From an uncultured Methanosarcinales archaeon (GTDB lineage Archaea > Nanobdellota > Nanobdellia > Woesearchaeales > JAGVZT01): 64,000 nucleotides of DNA. The translations under genes and the position numbers were made by a program. Where the stretch lies: positions 2,284-66,283 of the forward strand of contig CAYHAM010000001.1 in assembly GCA_964354685.1 (NCBI GenBank), given 5' to 3'. A model generated the notes under the pieces. That model saw nothing but the letters and a program-made list of their open reading frames with translations. It was not told the origin of the DNA and searched no databases. Positions 37,633 to 45,704 of the stretch are shown here, one piece after another (the stretch's first letter is position 1; each line of letters begins with the position of its first letter).

Positions 37633-38175
37633 TTACTTTTTTCTAAGTGTGTAAATAAGAACACCAACTGCAAGAATGAATATTGTGAATTGAATTCCAA
37701 CAACTGTCTTCTGTGTTTCTGTAAATCCTTTTAAGAAGCTACCTGTTATTTGTATAGAAGGTTGTGATTTAACAACAATTGCACCTCTAACTAAGCCATT
37801 GAAGACATCTCTAAAGGTGTGGTCTCCAGTCTCTGTGAATGTATAGCTATAGCTTTGGTCTGGTTCCATCATATCTGAATAAACCTCTTCATCAATCCAG
37901 AGACGCTTCCTGTTAGAGCCTGTGTTTTTCCATACAACTGTATCTCCTTTTTTTATAGTTAAGTAATCAGGGGTTGCAGATGCCTCTTTTAAAATAATCT
38001 CATAGGTTTTTGGAGAATAAGTTGGTGATTCAGGTTCAATAACTTCAACATTTTTTGGTTGTTCTTGCTCTGGTTCTACTGTTTGCTCTTCTTGTACTGG
38101 TTTTTTAAAAGCAATCAAAGAGCCAAATATGATAACACAGATAAAGATTATACCTATCAATTCTCTTTTTTCCAT
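37633..38175 (-). CDS. Membrane-anchored hypothetical protein (TM at both ends, beta-rich extracytoplasmic domain)
   Basis: The N-terminal TM is IGIIFICVIIFGSLIAF and the C-terminal TM is VVGIQFTIFILAVGVLIY. Confidence 0.35.
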   Translation of the reverse strand: MEKRELIGIIFICVIIFGSLIAFKKPVQEEQTVEPEQEQPKNVEVIEPESPTYSPKTYEIILKEASATPDYLTIKKGDTVVWKNTGSNRKRLWIDEEVYSDMMEPDQSYSYTFTETGDHTFRDVFNGLVRGAIVVKSQPSIQITGSFLKGFTETQKTVVGIQFTIFILAVGVLIYTLRKK

Positions 38176-38289
38176 AAAGCTAATTTTTTGATTGTATTAT
38201 ATAAAGTTTGTGTTTCTAATAATAATAAAACAAAAGTTTTAAATAATGAAAATCAGAGATGTCAAATAAAAGTGAATAAAGGTGGAGAC

Positions 38290-39735
38290 ATGGTAGAACG
38301 TGCAAAAGAGCTTGGACTGAGTGTAAAGAAAGAAGAAAACTTTAGTGAGTGGTATACTCAGCTTGTTCAAAAGGCAGAGTTGATTGATTATACTAAGGTT
38401 TCTGGTTGTGTTGTGTTTAGACCTAGGGCTTATGAGATTTGGGAAGAGATTCAGCAATATCTTGATGCAAAAATAAAAAAGCTTGGAGTAAAGAATGCCT
38501 ATTTTCCCTCATTAATCCCAGAATCTTTGCTCAAGAAAGAGGCTGAGCATGTTGAGGGGTTTGCACCAGAAGTTGCGTGGGTGACCATGGCAGGTGAAAG
38601 CAAGTTAAGCGAAAGATTAGCTGTAAGGCCAACATCAGAAACAATAATGTATGATTCTTACAAGAACTGGATACAAAGCTATCGGGACTTACCTCTAAAA
38701 ATCAATCAATGGAACAATGTTGTTAGATGGGAGTTTAAGTACGCAACTCCCTTTATAAGAACCCGTGAGTTTCTCTGGCAGGAGGGACATACAGCATTTG
38801 CAACAAAGCAAGAGGCAGAAGAAGAGGTGTTACAAATCCTTGATTTCTATGCTGAGGTCTATGAAAGATTGCTAGCAGTTCCTGTTTTAAAGGGAAGAAA
38901 ATCAGAAAAAGAAAAATTTGCTGGTGCTGTTTACACCACAAGTGTTGAGATTTTCTTGCCTAATGGTAAGGTAGCTCAAGGTGCAACCTCTCACTTCTTG
39001 GGTCAAAATTTCTCAAAACCTTTTGGGATAAAGTTTTTAGACAAAGATGAAAAAAATAGTTGGGTGTGGCAAAATTCATGGGGGCTTTCTACAAGAACAA
39101 TTGGTATGATGGTAATGGTGCATGGCGATGATAAAGGGTTAATTATACCTCCAATGGTTGCTCGAAATAAGGTTGTGATAATCCCTATAATTTACAAAAA
39201 AGACAAAGAGGGTGTTCTGAAGGCCGCCAAAGAGCTGAATAAGGGGTTAAGTTTATTCAATCCCTTACTTGATGATAGGGTTAGTTATACACCAGGATGG
39301 AAATTCAATGAATGGGAATTAAAGGGAACCCCTATTAGAATAGAAATTGGCCCAAAAGATGTTGATAAAAAACAAGTTGTAATTGTTAGGAGGGACACAA
39401 ACAAAAAAGAGGTGGTTGAATTAAAAGTGCTAAAAAGCAAAATAAAATCAACACTAGAAGACATTCAAAAAAATTTGTTCAATAGGGCCAAGGATTTTTT
39501 GGAAAAGAACATTATAGAAGTAGAGTCATGGCAAGAATTTATAAAGGCAATAAAAGAAAAAAAGCTTGTTTTTGCATTGTGGTGTGGCTCTGTTGAATGT
39601 GAAGAGCTAATAAAAGACAAAACAAATGGTGCAAAGAGTATTAACATACCTTTTGGGCAGAAAAATCTAAAGGGCAAATGCATACATTGTGATAAAGATG
39701 CAGAGTTCAAAGCATATTTTGCAAAGAGCTATTAG
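38290..39735 (+). CDS. proS: Prolyl-tRNA synthetase (archaeal/eukaryotic type)
   Basis: MVERAKELGLSVKKEENFSEWYTQLVQKAELIDY...VVFRPRAYEIWEEIQ is a class II core with a C-terminal zinc-binding domain. The start was trimmed from the 38059 ORF. Confidence 0.88.
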   Translation: MVERAKELGLSVKKEENFSEWYTQLVQKAELIDYTKVSGCVVFRPRAYEIWEEIQQYLDAKIKKLGVKNAYFPSLIPESLLKKEAEHVEGFAPEVAWVTMAGESKLSERLAVRPTSETIMYDSYKNWIQSYRDLPLKINQWNNVVRWEFKYATPFIRTREFLWQEGHTAFATKQEAEEEVLQILDFYAEVYERLLAVPVLKGRKSEKEKFAGAVYTTSVEIFLPNGKVAQGATSHFLGQNFSKPFGIKFLDKDEKNSWVWQNSWGLSTRTIGMMVMVHGDDKGLIIPPMVARNKVVIIPIIYKKDKEGVLKAAKELNKGLSLFNPLLDDRVSYTPGWKFNEWELKGTPIRIEIGPKDVDKKQVVIVRRDTNKKEVVELKVLKSKIKSTLEDIQKNLFNRAKDFLEKNIIEVESWQEFIKAIKEKKLVFALWCGSVECEELIKDKTNGAKSINIPFGQKNLKGKCIHCDKDAEFKAYFAKSY

Positions 39736-39738
39736 TTG

Positions 39739-40341
39739 TTAGTTTATTAACGATTCAAGAATTCCCTTTATCTTTGTGTTCATTTCTACAATAATAGCAA
39801 GTAATGCATTTGTTGCTTGGTTTTGTGATTTTGCAAAAACAACAACAACCACGTTGTGGGGTTTTACATCAAAAGTTCTTATTATCTCCTCATATGATTT
39901 CCTAAAATCCTTAGAGAAATCCACCTCTGAATTAGGCAGCCGTAACTCTTTGTCATACCTCAAAATAAGGGCTCCATCTGCATTGTTTTTTATTGCAATA
40001 TCCCTTAGATCAATATTCTTCATCTTTGTGTTAAATCTTTTAACAACAGCCCCTTTTTTAGATAAAAGATTCAGTTCCTTTAGCTCAAGACTTTTTAACT
40101 CGCCAACTTCTTTGTAAACTCCTTTTTTTAATTCTAATCCCTTCTTTGTTAGCTCATGCCCTTGTTTTGAAGAGGTTATCAAACCCTTTTTTTTAAGTGA
40201 ATTTAGAATGGTCCTTACTGTTCCCTCACCCAAAGACAATTTGTTTGTCATCTCTGCCCTACTACTTCCTACCTCAATTAATAAGAAAACCCTTAGAACA
40301 TCAAACTTGTTGTAATTAGGTATATTACCAACCATGTACAT
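39739..40341 (-). CDS. Putative winged-helix transcriptional regulator with a C-terminal domain of unknown function
   Basis: SRAEMTNKLSLGEGTVRTILNSLKKKGLITS is wHTH-like. Confidence 0.35.
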   Translation of the reverse strand: MYMVGNIPNYNKFDVLRVFLLIEVGSSRAEMTNKLSLGEGTVRTILNSLKKKGLITSSKQGHELTKKGLELKKGVYKEVGELKSLELKELNLLSKKGAVVKRFNTKMKNIDLRDIAIKNNADGALILRYDKELRLPNSEVDFSKDFRKSYEEIIRTFDVKPHNVVVVVFAKSQNQATNALLAIIVEMNTKIKGILESLIN

Positions 40342-40417
40342 TTACATAGAAACATAAGCTTTAAATAGTTATTCCTTTTTATTATCCCTTGTTAATGCTC
40401 ACGGAGGGGAAATAAGT

Positions 40418-40690
40418 ATGCTAAAGATGAAGAAAATTTCTGAAGTATATGACATGAAGGTTTTTACAGACAACGGAGACTACTTCGGTGATGTTGAAGA
40501 AGGAATCTTAACTCAAAATAAGGTATTTGGCTGGAGGGTTAAGGCAACAAGGAATTCTTATCTAAATAAAATATTAGGCAGTGCAAAAGGGGTTATAGTT
40601 CCACACCAGCTTGTCAAAAGCGTAGGAGATGTAATGATTATTAGCAAGGCAGCAATCCCAAGCTATGGCCCTGAAGAGGATGAAGAATAA
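40418..40690 (+). CDS. PRC-barrel domain protein
   Basis: 90 aa with the KVFTDNGDYFGDVEEGIL pattern of small archaeal PRC-barrel proteins. Confidence 0.5.
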   Translation: MLKMKKISEVYDMKVFTDNGDYFGDVEEGILTQNKVFGWRVKATRNSYLNKILGSAKGVIVPHQLVKSVGDVMIISKAAIPSYGPEEDEE

Positions 40691-40764
40691 GCCTTTTTAT
40701 TTCTATAATTCTTAATATAGAAAAAGTATTTATACTCCTAAAATAATATATAAGTTAGGGGGTA

Positions 40765-41139
40765 TTGATGATTACAATTTCCGGTTGTTTAATAATAGAA
40801 AACAACAAACTGCTTTTGTTGCATAGGATGGGTAAAGATCATTGGGAGTTGCCAGGCGGTATAATTGAGCCTGGTGAAAATCCAGAACAAACAGCAATAC
40901 GAGAGGCTAAGGAGGAAATAGGTTGCAATGTTGAAATCATCAGAAACCTGGGTTGCTTTGAGTTTGTTATTGATAATAGAGATTTTACGAGCTATTGTTT
41001 TCTTGCAAATATAGTTAAAGGAAGGCCAAAGCTTATGGAAAAAGATATTTTTGATAAATTAATGTTTATACCATTAGAAGAGTTGAATAACCACAAGATT
41101 GCAACAAACGTGAAAATGGCTATGGATAAAATAAATTAG
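40765..41139 (+). CDS. NUDIX hydrolase
   Basis: The NUDIX box is GGIIEPGENPEQTAIREAKEEIG. Confidence 0.8.
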   Translation: MMITISGCLIIENNKLLLLHRMGKDHWELPGGIIEPGENPEQTAIREAKEEIGCNVEIIRNLGCFEFVIDNRDFTSYCFLANIVKGRPKLMEKDIFDKLMFIPLEELNNHKIATNVKMAMDKIN

Positions 41140-41168
41140 AAAGTTTTTAATAAAAAATAAAAATATAA

Positions 41169-41250
41169 AGCTCATATACGGCTGTGATCTGTCCTCACTA
41201 GCGTTCGGGAGATCACATCCTAATTCGCTTAGCTCATACGGCTGTGATCT
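41169..41250 (+). repeat. Direct repeat AGCTCATA(TA)CGGCTGTGATCT (41169..41190 and 41231..41250). The second copy contains the 5' acceptor/D-arm of tRNA-Gly. The first copy is followed by a hairpin TGTGATCT...AGATCACA.
   Basis: Seen directly in the sequence. Confidence 0.5.
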
Positions 41251-41438
41251 AGTGGTAGGATACAATCCTCCCATACCCCTTGCATGCAAGAGGTGCTCTT
41301 CAAAAAGAGGTATTTTTAAAAGAGGTGGAGAGAGGTTGTTGCCCGGGTTCAAAACAGAAAAAGCCATGTTGATCGCAAGAGAGACGCAACTGAGGACTTA
41401 CGTTGTAAGACCATCTGTTGAAAGTCCCGGCAGCCGTA
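41238..41438 (+). tRNA. tRNA-Gly(CCC) precursor, about 201 nt, with two introns: 37/38 (41274..41332, 59 nt) and T-loop after nt 60 (41355..41425, 71 nt)
   Basis: Acceptor ACGGCTG/CAGCCGT plus A. D-arm ATCT/GGAT. Anticodon stem CAATC/GGTTG with loop CTCCCA. T-stem CCGGG/CCCGG with loop TTCAAAA. The T-loop intron ends in GAAAGT as in the other two tRNAs, and a T-run follows the 3' end. Confidence 0.6.
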
Positions 41439-41455
41439 TTTTTTGAGGTGATCCC

Positions 41456-42289
41456 TTGAATAGAAAAGAACAAAGAAAGCTTGCCTTGGCACTAGGCGGG
41501 GGCGGGGGAAAGGGTTTTGTACATTTACCCTTGCTACAAAAATTAAAAGATGAGAATATAAGAATAAATCACATTGGTGCTGGTAGCTCTGCAACAATAA
41601 TTGCCTCTCTTTGGGCTGCAGGCTATTCTAAAAATGAAATAATAAATCTTTTTACAAAAAGGTGGGCTAGATTCAGGTGGTTTGGTCCAACATTATCTAA
41701 GCAGTTCTTCCTAAGGGGGGATAGGATGTACACATACATGAACAAGCTGTTAAATAATAAAGACTTTAAGGACTTATCTATACCTTGCTCATTTACTGTA
41801 TGTGATCTTACCACAGGGGAATTCTTAATTAAAGAAAGAGGTAATGTGGCCTTGGCTGTTGTGCAGGCATGTGCTGTTCCAGGTGTCTTGGTTGTGAAGA
41901 ATCACAGCGATGGGCATATAATGGGAGATGGGGGTATAATCAATATTGCACCTGCAGATGTATGTAGAAAAAAGGTTGGTAAGGGGGGTGTTGTTGTTAG
42001 CTCTTTTTTACAGGGTCACTTTGAGAAATCAAACAATGCCATTAATAATAGGGCCAAGATCTTTTATAGAGGGGTATCTATGGCCTTAGAGTATCACAAG
42101 AGAAAGATTGTTAAAGAGAATTCAGATGTTGTTATAAATCAACTACCTGAGATCCCAATAAACATTACAACATGGTTTAGGTACACTGCAGATTTATTTA
42201 ACAAAAAAAAGATAGATTTTTATTTGAAAAGAGGAGAAAAAACAACAAAAAAGGCCTGGCCAAATATTAAAAAATTATTATATAGCTGA
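41456..42289 (+). CDS. Patatin-like phospholipase
   Basis: Oxyanion hole is GGGGGKG, the GxSxG-like motif is GAGSSAT, and the catalytic Asp lies in GDGGII. Confidence 0.65.
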   Translation: MNRKEQRKLALALGGGGGKGFVHLPLLQKLKDENIRINHIGAGSSATIIASLWAAGYSKNEIINLFTKRWARFRWFGPTLSKQFFLRGDRMYTYMNKLLNNKDFKDLSIPCSFTVCDLTTGEFLIKERGNVALAVVQACAVPGVLVVKNHSDGHIMGDGGIINIAPADVCRKKVGKGGVVVSSFLQGHFEKSNNAINNRAKIFYRGVSMALEYHKRKIVKENSDVVINQLPEIPINITTWFRYTADLFNKKKIDFYLKRGEKTTKKAWPNIKKLLYS

Positions 42290-42298
42290 GGTTATAAG

Positions 42299-42511
42299 AT
42301 GAAGGTAACGATAGACACAAAAGAGGACTCAAAAGAGGACATTCAAAAAGCTATTAGGTTTTTGCAAAGCTTTTTGGCCCAAACACCTTCTTCTGATTTT
42401 CCAGGTGGTGAAAATGTGTTTGGTAACATTCTTGAACAATCAGCAGATGGTTCTGAAACAGAAGAAGGCAAAGCAAAAGGGTTTAGTATAAAAGACCTTG
42501 AAACTTATTGA
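42299..42511 (+). CDS. Small acidic hypothetical protein (70 aa)
   Basis: ORF only. Confidence 0.25.
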   Translation: MKVTIDTKEDSKEDIQKAIRFLQSFLAQTPSSDFPGGENVFGNILEQSADGSETEEGKAKGFSIKDLETY

Positions 42512-42789
42512 AGAAAGGATATGATATTCTTTTGAATCAGAAATATAACTACAAAGAAGGTTATTATTTTAAAAGAGATACCATAAGTTAACAACATTAG
42601 ATAAATTCCGCAAAACACGTCAATGTAGCTAATGATATTACCAGATGTTGCAAACATACCACCTTTTAGTATCAAATAACCTGCAATATAAAACACAAGC
42701 CTTTTTGGTAAAAGAACAGGGAATGCAGCAACCAGTGCTGTTGTTAGTGCTGCAATAACATCACCCACCCCTAGTATCTTCATAAGCAT
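42505..42789 (-). CDS. Small membrane protein (three TM helices)
   Basis: Hydrophobic profile. Confidence 0.3.
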   Translation of the reverse strand: MLMKILGVGDVIAALTTALVAAFPVLLPKRLVFYIAGYLILKGGMFATSGNIISYIDVFCGIYLMLLTYGISFKIITFFVVIFLIQKNIISFLQ

Positions 42790-43131
42790 TTATATCACCA
42801 AAACAAGAACTATTAGTATAGAAATACAGCCTACTAAACCAAAGATGCTGCTTGTTTTTGTCATCTTATTAACAAACATAAAATATTTTACAAGCAGGTA
42901 AACAACAAGGAAGTACAAAATAGCCATCACTATCATACCAATTATCGGTGGCATAACTTCATAAACAAAAAATCTCATTATCACCAACCCTATCATTATC
43001 AAAGGCATCTTTATTAGAAACTGTTTTGTCCTCTCTTTAACAAAAGGTATTTCTATACCTAATGTAAAGAACTGCATAAACAAATATTCTGGTTGTGCCC
43101 TATCATGAAAGGGGTCGTTTAGAGTTGGCAT
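42790..43131 (-). CDS. Small membrane protein (three TM helices)
   Basis: Hydrophobic profile. It is adjacent to the preceding gene on the same strand. Confidence 0.3.
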   Translation of the reverse strand: MPTLNDPFHDRAQPEYLFMQFFTLGIEIPFVKERTKQFLIKMPLIMIGLVIMRFFVYEVMPPIIGMIVMAILYFLVVYLLVKYFMFVNKMTKTSSIFGLVGCISILIVLVLVI

Positions 43132-43186
43132 CTTTGATCAAAGCTTTTGGATATAATATCCAACAGAAAGATAAAGGGTATTTAAA

Positions 43187-43346
43187 GCTTACGAAAATTC
43201 CTAATTTTCTAAGCTTTAAACTTGGAAATCTATGATTTCCTTTATTTAAAAGCCTTTGAGATTTTCAGGCTTCTGAAATTCTTTGAATTTCAGAAACATA
43301 GAGAATCATTGATTCTCTGGGCTTTGAAAATTCCTTGAATTTTCAA
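43187..43346. promoter_or_regulatory. Array of five to six consecutive palindromes upstream of the PRC-barrel/RFC genes. They are AAGCTTACGAAAATTCC..AATTTTCTAAGCTT, GGAAATC-TAT-GATTTCC, CTGAAATTC-TTT-GAATTTCAG, GAGAATCA-TT-GATTCTC and TTGAAAATTC-CTT-GAATTTTCAA.
   Basis: Perfect or near-perfect inverted repeats with 7-10-bp arms sharing the half-site GAAA(A)T(T)C. Seen directly in the sequence. Confidence 0.55.
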
Positions 43347-43402
43347 AACATTTAAATATAACATAGTGTACTTCTAAAGTAAGTTTTTAGAAGGGTGAAA
43401 GA

Positions 43403-43666
43403 ATGGCAGAAGAAGACAAAAAATTCTCAAAGGCGCTTCTGGGTAAGACTGTTGTTAGTAAGACAGGTAAGCGTTTTGGGGAGGTAGGAGACATAATCTT
43501 TGAAACAAAATCTGGTGAACTTATACATATGGTACTGACAAACCCCACTTCTTACACAGCCAAACTTGAGTTAGAGAAGGATAAACAAGGTAATATTCTT
43601 ATCCCTTTCAGCGCTGTTATTGCCATAGGGGATTTTATGGTGATAGCTGAAGAGGATATAATCTAG
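43403..43666 (+). CDS. PRC-barrel domain protein
   Basis: GKTVVSKTGKRFGEVGDIIFETKSGELIHMVL is a PRC-barrel. Paralog of 40418..40690. Confidence 0.5.
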   Translation: MAEEDKKFSKALLGKTVVSKTGKRFGEVGDIIFETKSGELIHMVLTNPTSYTAKLELEKDKQGNILIPFSAVIAIGDFMVIAEEDII

Positions 43667-43730
43667 CAATCTTTTTCTATTTTTTGAAATACAAAGGTTT
43701 TTATTTGTACTTATCTTACTGAATATTGGG

Positions 43731-44693
43731 ATGGAAGAAACTGCTATTTGGACAGAGAAGTATAGGCCAAAGGATTTCTCAGAGGTTGTTGGTCAAAAGG
43801 AGATTGTGCGAAAAGCCAATGCTTTTGTTAAGCAAAAAAACATGCCTCATTTGCTATTTGCTGGTCCTGCAGGGACAGGCAAAACTAGTCTGGCTATAGT
43901 CATAGCAAAAAAGTTTTTTGGTTTAGATTGGAAAAACAATTTTCTTGAGTTGAACGCAAGTGATGAACGTGGCATAGATGTCGTAAGGAACAAGGTGAAA
44001 GATTTTGCAAGAACAAGGGCAATCGGAGATGTGCCTTTCAAGATAATTTATCTTGATGAGAGTGATGCACTAACAAAAGAGGCGCAGCAAGCACTAAGAC
44101 GAACAATGGAGAATTACACAAGAACCTGTCGTTTTATCCTAAGCTGCAATTATTCTTCTAAGATCATTGAACCAATACAAAGTAGATGTGCAATCTTTCG
44201 GTTTAAGCTTTTATCAAAAAAAGACATACTTGATATCATTGAATTGGTAGCAAAGAATGAAAAGCTAAAAATTGATGCAAAGGCAAAAGAGGTCCTGTAC
44301 GAAATTAGTGAAGGGGATTGCAGAAGGCTTGAGAATATAATGCAGAGCTGTGCAGCAATAAGTGACAAAATAACAGAACAAACAGTCTATTCAATGGTTT
44401 CTATGGCCAGGCCTAAAGAGATAAAAGAGGTGCTTGAGTTGGCATTAACAAACCAATTCATAAAAGCAAGAGAAAAATTGCTTGATGTTATGCTGAGTTA
44501 TGGCTTATCAGGATTAGATGTTATCAAGCAGATCCAGAAAGAGTCTCTTAATCTAAAGATTGAGGATTCGAAGAGAATGAAACTCATTGAAAAATGTGGG
44601 GAAATAGAGTTTAGGCTTGTTGAGGGTTCTGATGAATTCGTACAAATAGAAGCCTTATTATCTTTCTTTTCTCTTATTGGTTTAGAAAAATAA
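43731..44693 (+). CDS. rfcS: Replication factor C small subunit
   Basis: WTEKYRPKDFSEVVGQKEIV...LLFAGPAGTGKTS (Walker A), DEAD-like IIYLDESD and SRC motif SRCAIFRF. Confidence 0.88.
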   Translation: MEETAIWTEKYRPKDFSEVVGQKEIVRKANAFVKQKNMPHLLFAGPAGTGKTSLAIVIAKKFFGLDWKNNFLELNASDERGIDVVRNKVKDFARTRAIGDVPFKIIYLDESDALTKEAQQALRRTMENYTRTCRFILSCNYSSKIIEPIQSRCAIFRFKLLSKKDILDIIELVAKNEKLKIDAKAKEVLYEISEGDCRRLENIMQSCAAISDKITEQTVYSMVSMARPKEIKEVLELALTNQFIKAREKLLDVMLSYGLSGLDVIKQIQKESLNLKIEDSKRMKLIEKCGEIEFRLVEGSDEFVQIEALLSFFSLIGLEK

Positions 44694-44757
44694 CAAAAAA
44701 CCCACTATTTCTTGCATTAAAGTGCTAAGTTTCTAACGTGAGTTTTTTGGAATGAAA

Positions 44758-45690
44758 TCACTCCATTGTATGTTTTAATAGGAGCTGAGTTGAGATGTCT
44801 TCTTTATAATCGTATGTCAAGATAATCTCTACTTCTTTCTCATAATCAATTTCGCTTTCTGCTGGTTGTGTACATGTTATTGTTCTCTCACCACTATACA
44901 CGGTCACATAACCTGATGTGTCTGTTCCATCAGTTAGGCCAGTACACTTTGCACCATCCATACCTGTATTAACATTAACCCATACCTTGTTTTCGTATGT
45001 GATCCCTGTTGTATCACATATTGAGTTTTGTTGGAATATACCTCCATTTCCCTTATGCTCTATTTTAAATACAAACCCTATTAACTCTCCTCCCCTAACA
45101 GACTCTTTTAAAGATGTTATCTGCAAGGGCGCTCTAGAATTAAAGACCTGTTTCTCCTCAGGTACAATACATAAGCTATCTTCACTAGTGTCTGTTAAAT
45201 CTTTTTTTACGCAGATTTTTGAAATTGTTTTTGTATTGTATTTATAACACACATCTGCTCTTATAGGGAATTGTAAATTTCCACCTATTTTGCCTTTATA
45301 ATTAAAACCCTCAAAACTCACATAAGTAATTGTGCCTTCAACAAGATTACCTTCAGAATCTTTGTATGTCCTCGTTAAATCATCATCTGGGTGTTTCACT
45401 AAATCTGATGGTTGCTTATTAAAGTCTGTTGGGTTTAGTCCACTAATTTTTACTTGTACATCTTGTGCTAACACATCTGACTCCCCTTCATTGTTTAATT
45501 TAACAACAATATCAAAAGGAAAAACACCTCCATCATAAACCTCCTGAGGAGGGGCATCCTCTAAAAAACTCATTAGTAAGCTAGTGGTCCCTTCTAAAAA
45601 AGGCGTGGTAGCACTTGTTGATTCCTCTTTTTCACAACCTGCTAGAACCAACAACAAACACGTAGTAAAGATTAAGATTAGCCTTCTCAT
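44758..45690 (-). CDS. Lipoprotein-like surface protein with CARDB-like domains (paralog family A)
   Basis: LLVLAGCEKEE is a signal plus Cys. Motifs are LLMSFLEDAPPQEVYDGGVFPFDIVVKLNNEG and GFVFKIEHKGNGG. Confidence 0.45.
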   Translation of the reverse strand: MRRLILIFTTCLLLVLAGCEKEESTSATTPFLEGTTSLLMSFLEDAPPQEVYDGGVFPFDIVVKLNNEGESDVLAQDVQVKISGLNPTDFNKQPSDLVKHPDDDLTRTYKDSEGNLVEGTITYVSFEGFNYKGKIGGNLQFPIRADVCYKYNTKTISKICVKKDLTDTSEDSLCIVPEEKQVFNSRAPLQITSLKESVRGGELIGFVFKIEHKGNGGIFQQNSICDTTGITYENKVWVNVNTGMDGAKCTGLTDGTDTSGYVTVYSGERTITCTQPAESEIDYEKEVEIILTYDYKEDISTQLLLKHTME

Positions 45691-45704
45691 TTTATTACCT
45701 CCTT

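Noticed and set aside
38059-38289. The upstream extension of the ProRS ORF (MFLLWFYCLLF...)
   Set aside because: It is a low-complexity hydrophobic extension overlapping the divergent gene. The conserved ProRS N-terminus begins at MVERAKELG (38290).
41074-41446. Track ORFs 41074..41367(-) and 41252..41446(+)
   Set aside because: They lie entirely within the tRNA-Gly precursor and its leader. There is no protein similarity. They are spurious.
41456-42289. Patatin-like phospholipase was considered as a CBASS (CapV-like) effector.
   Set aside because: There is no CD-NTase/cyclase, HORMA/TRIP13 or E1/E2-like gene in the neighbourhood. The neighbours are NUDIX, a tRNA and small membrane proteins. 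It is more likely a housekeeping or islet lipase.
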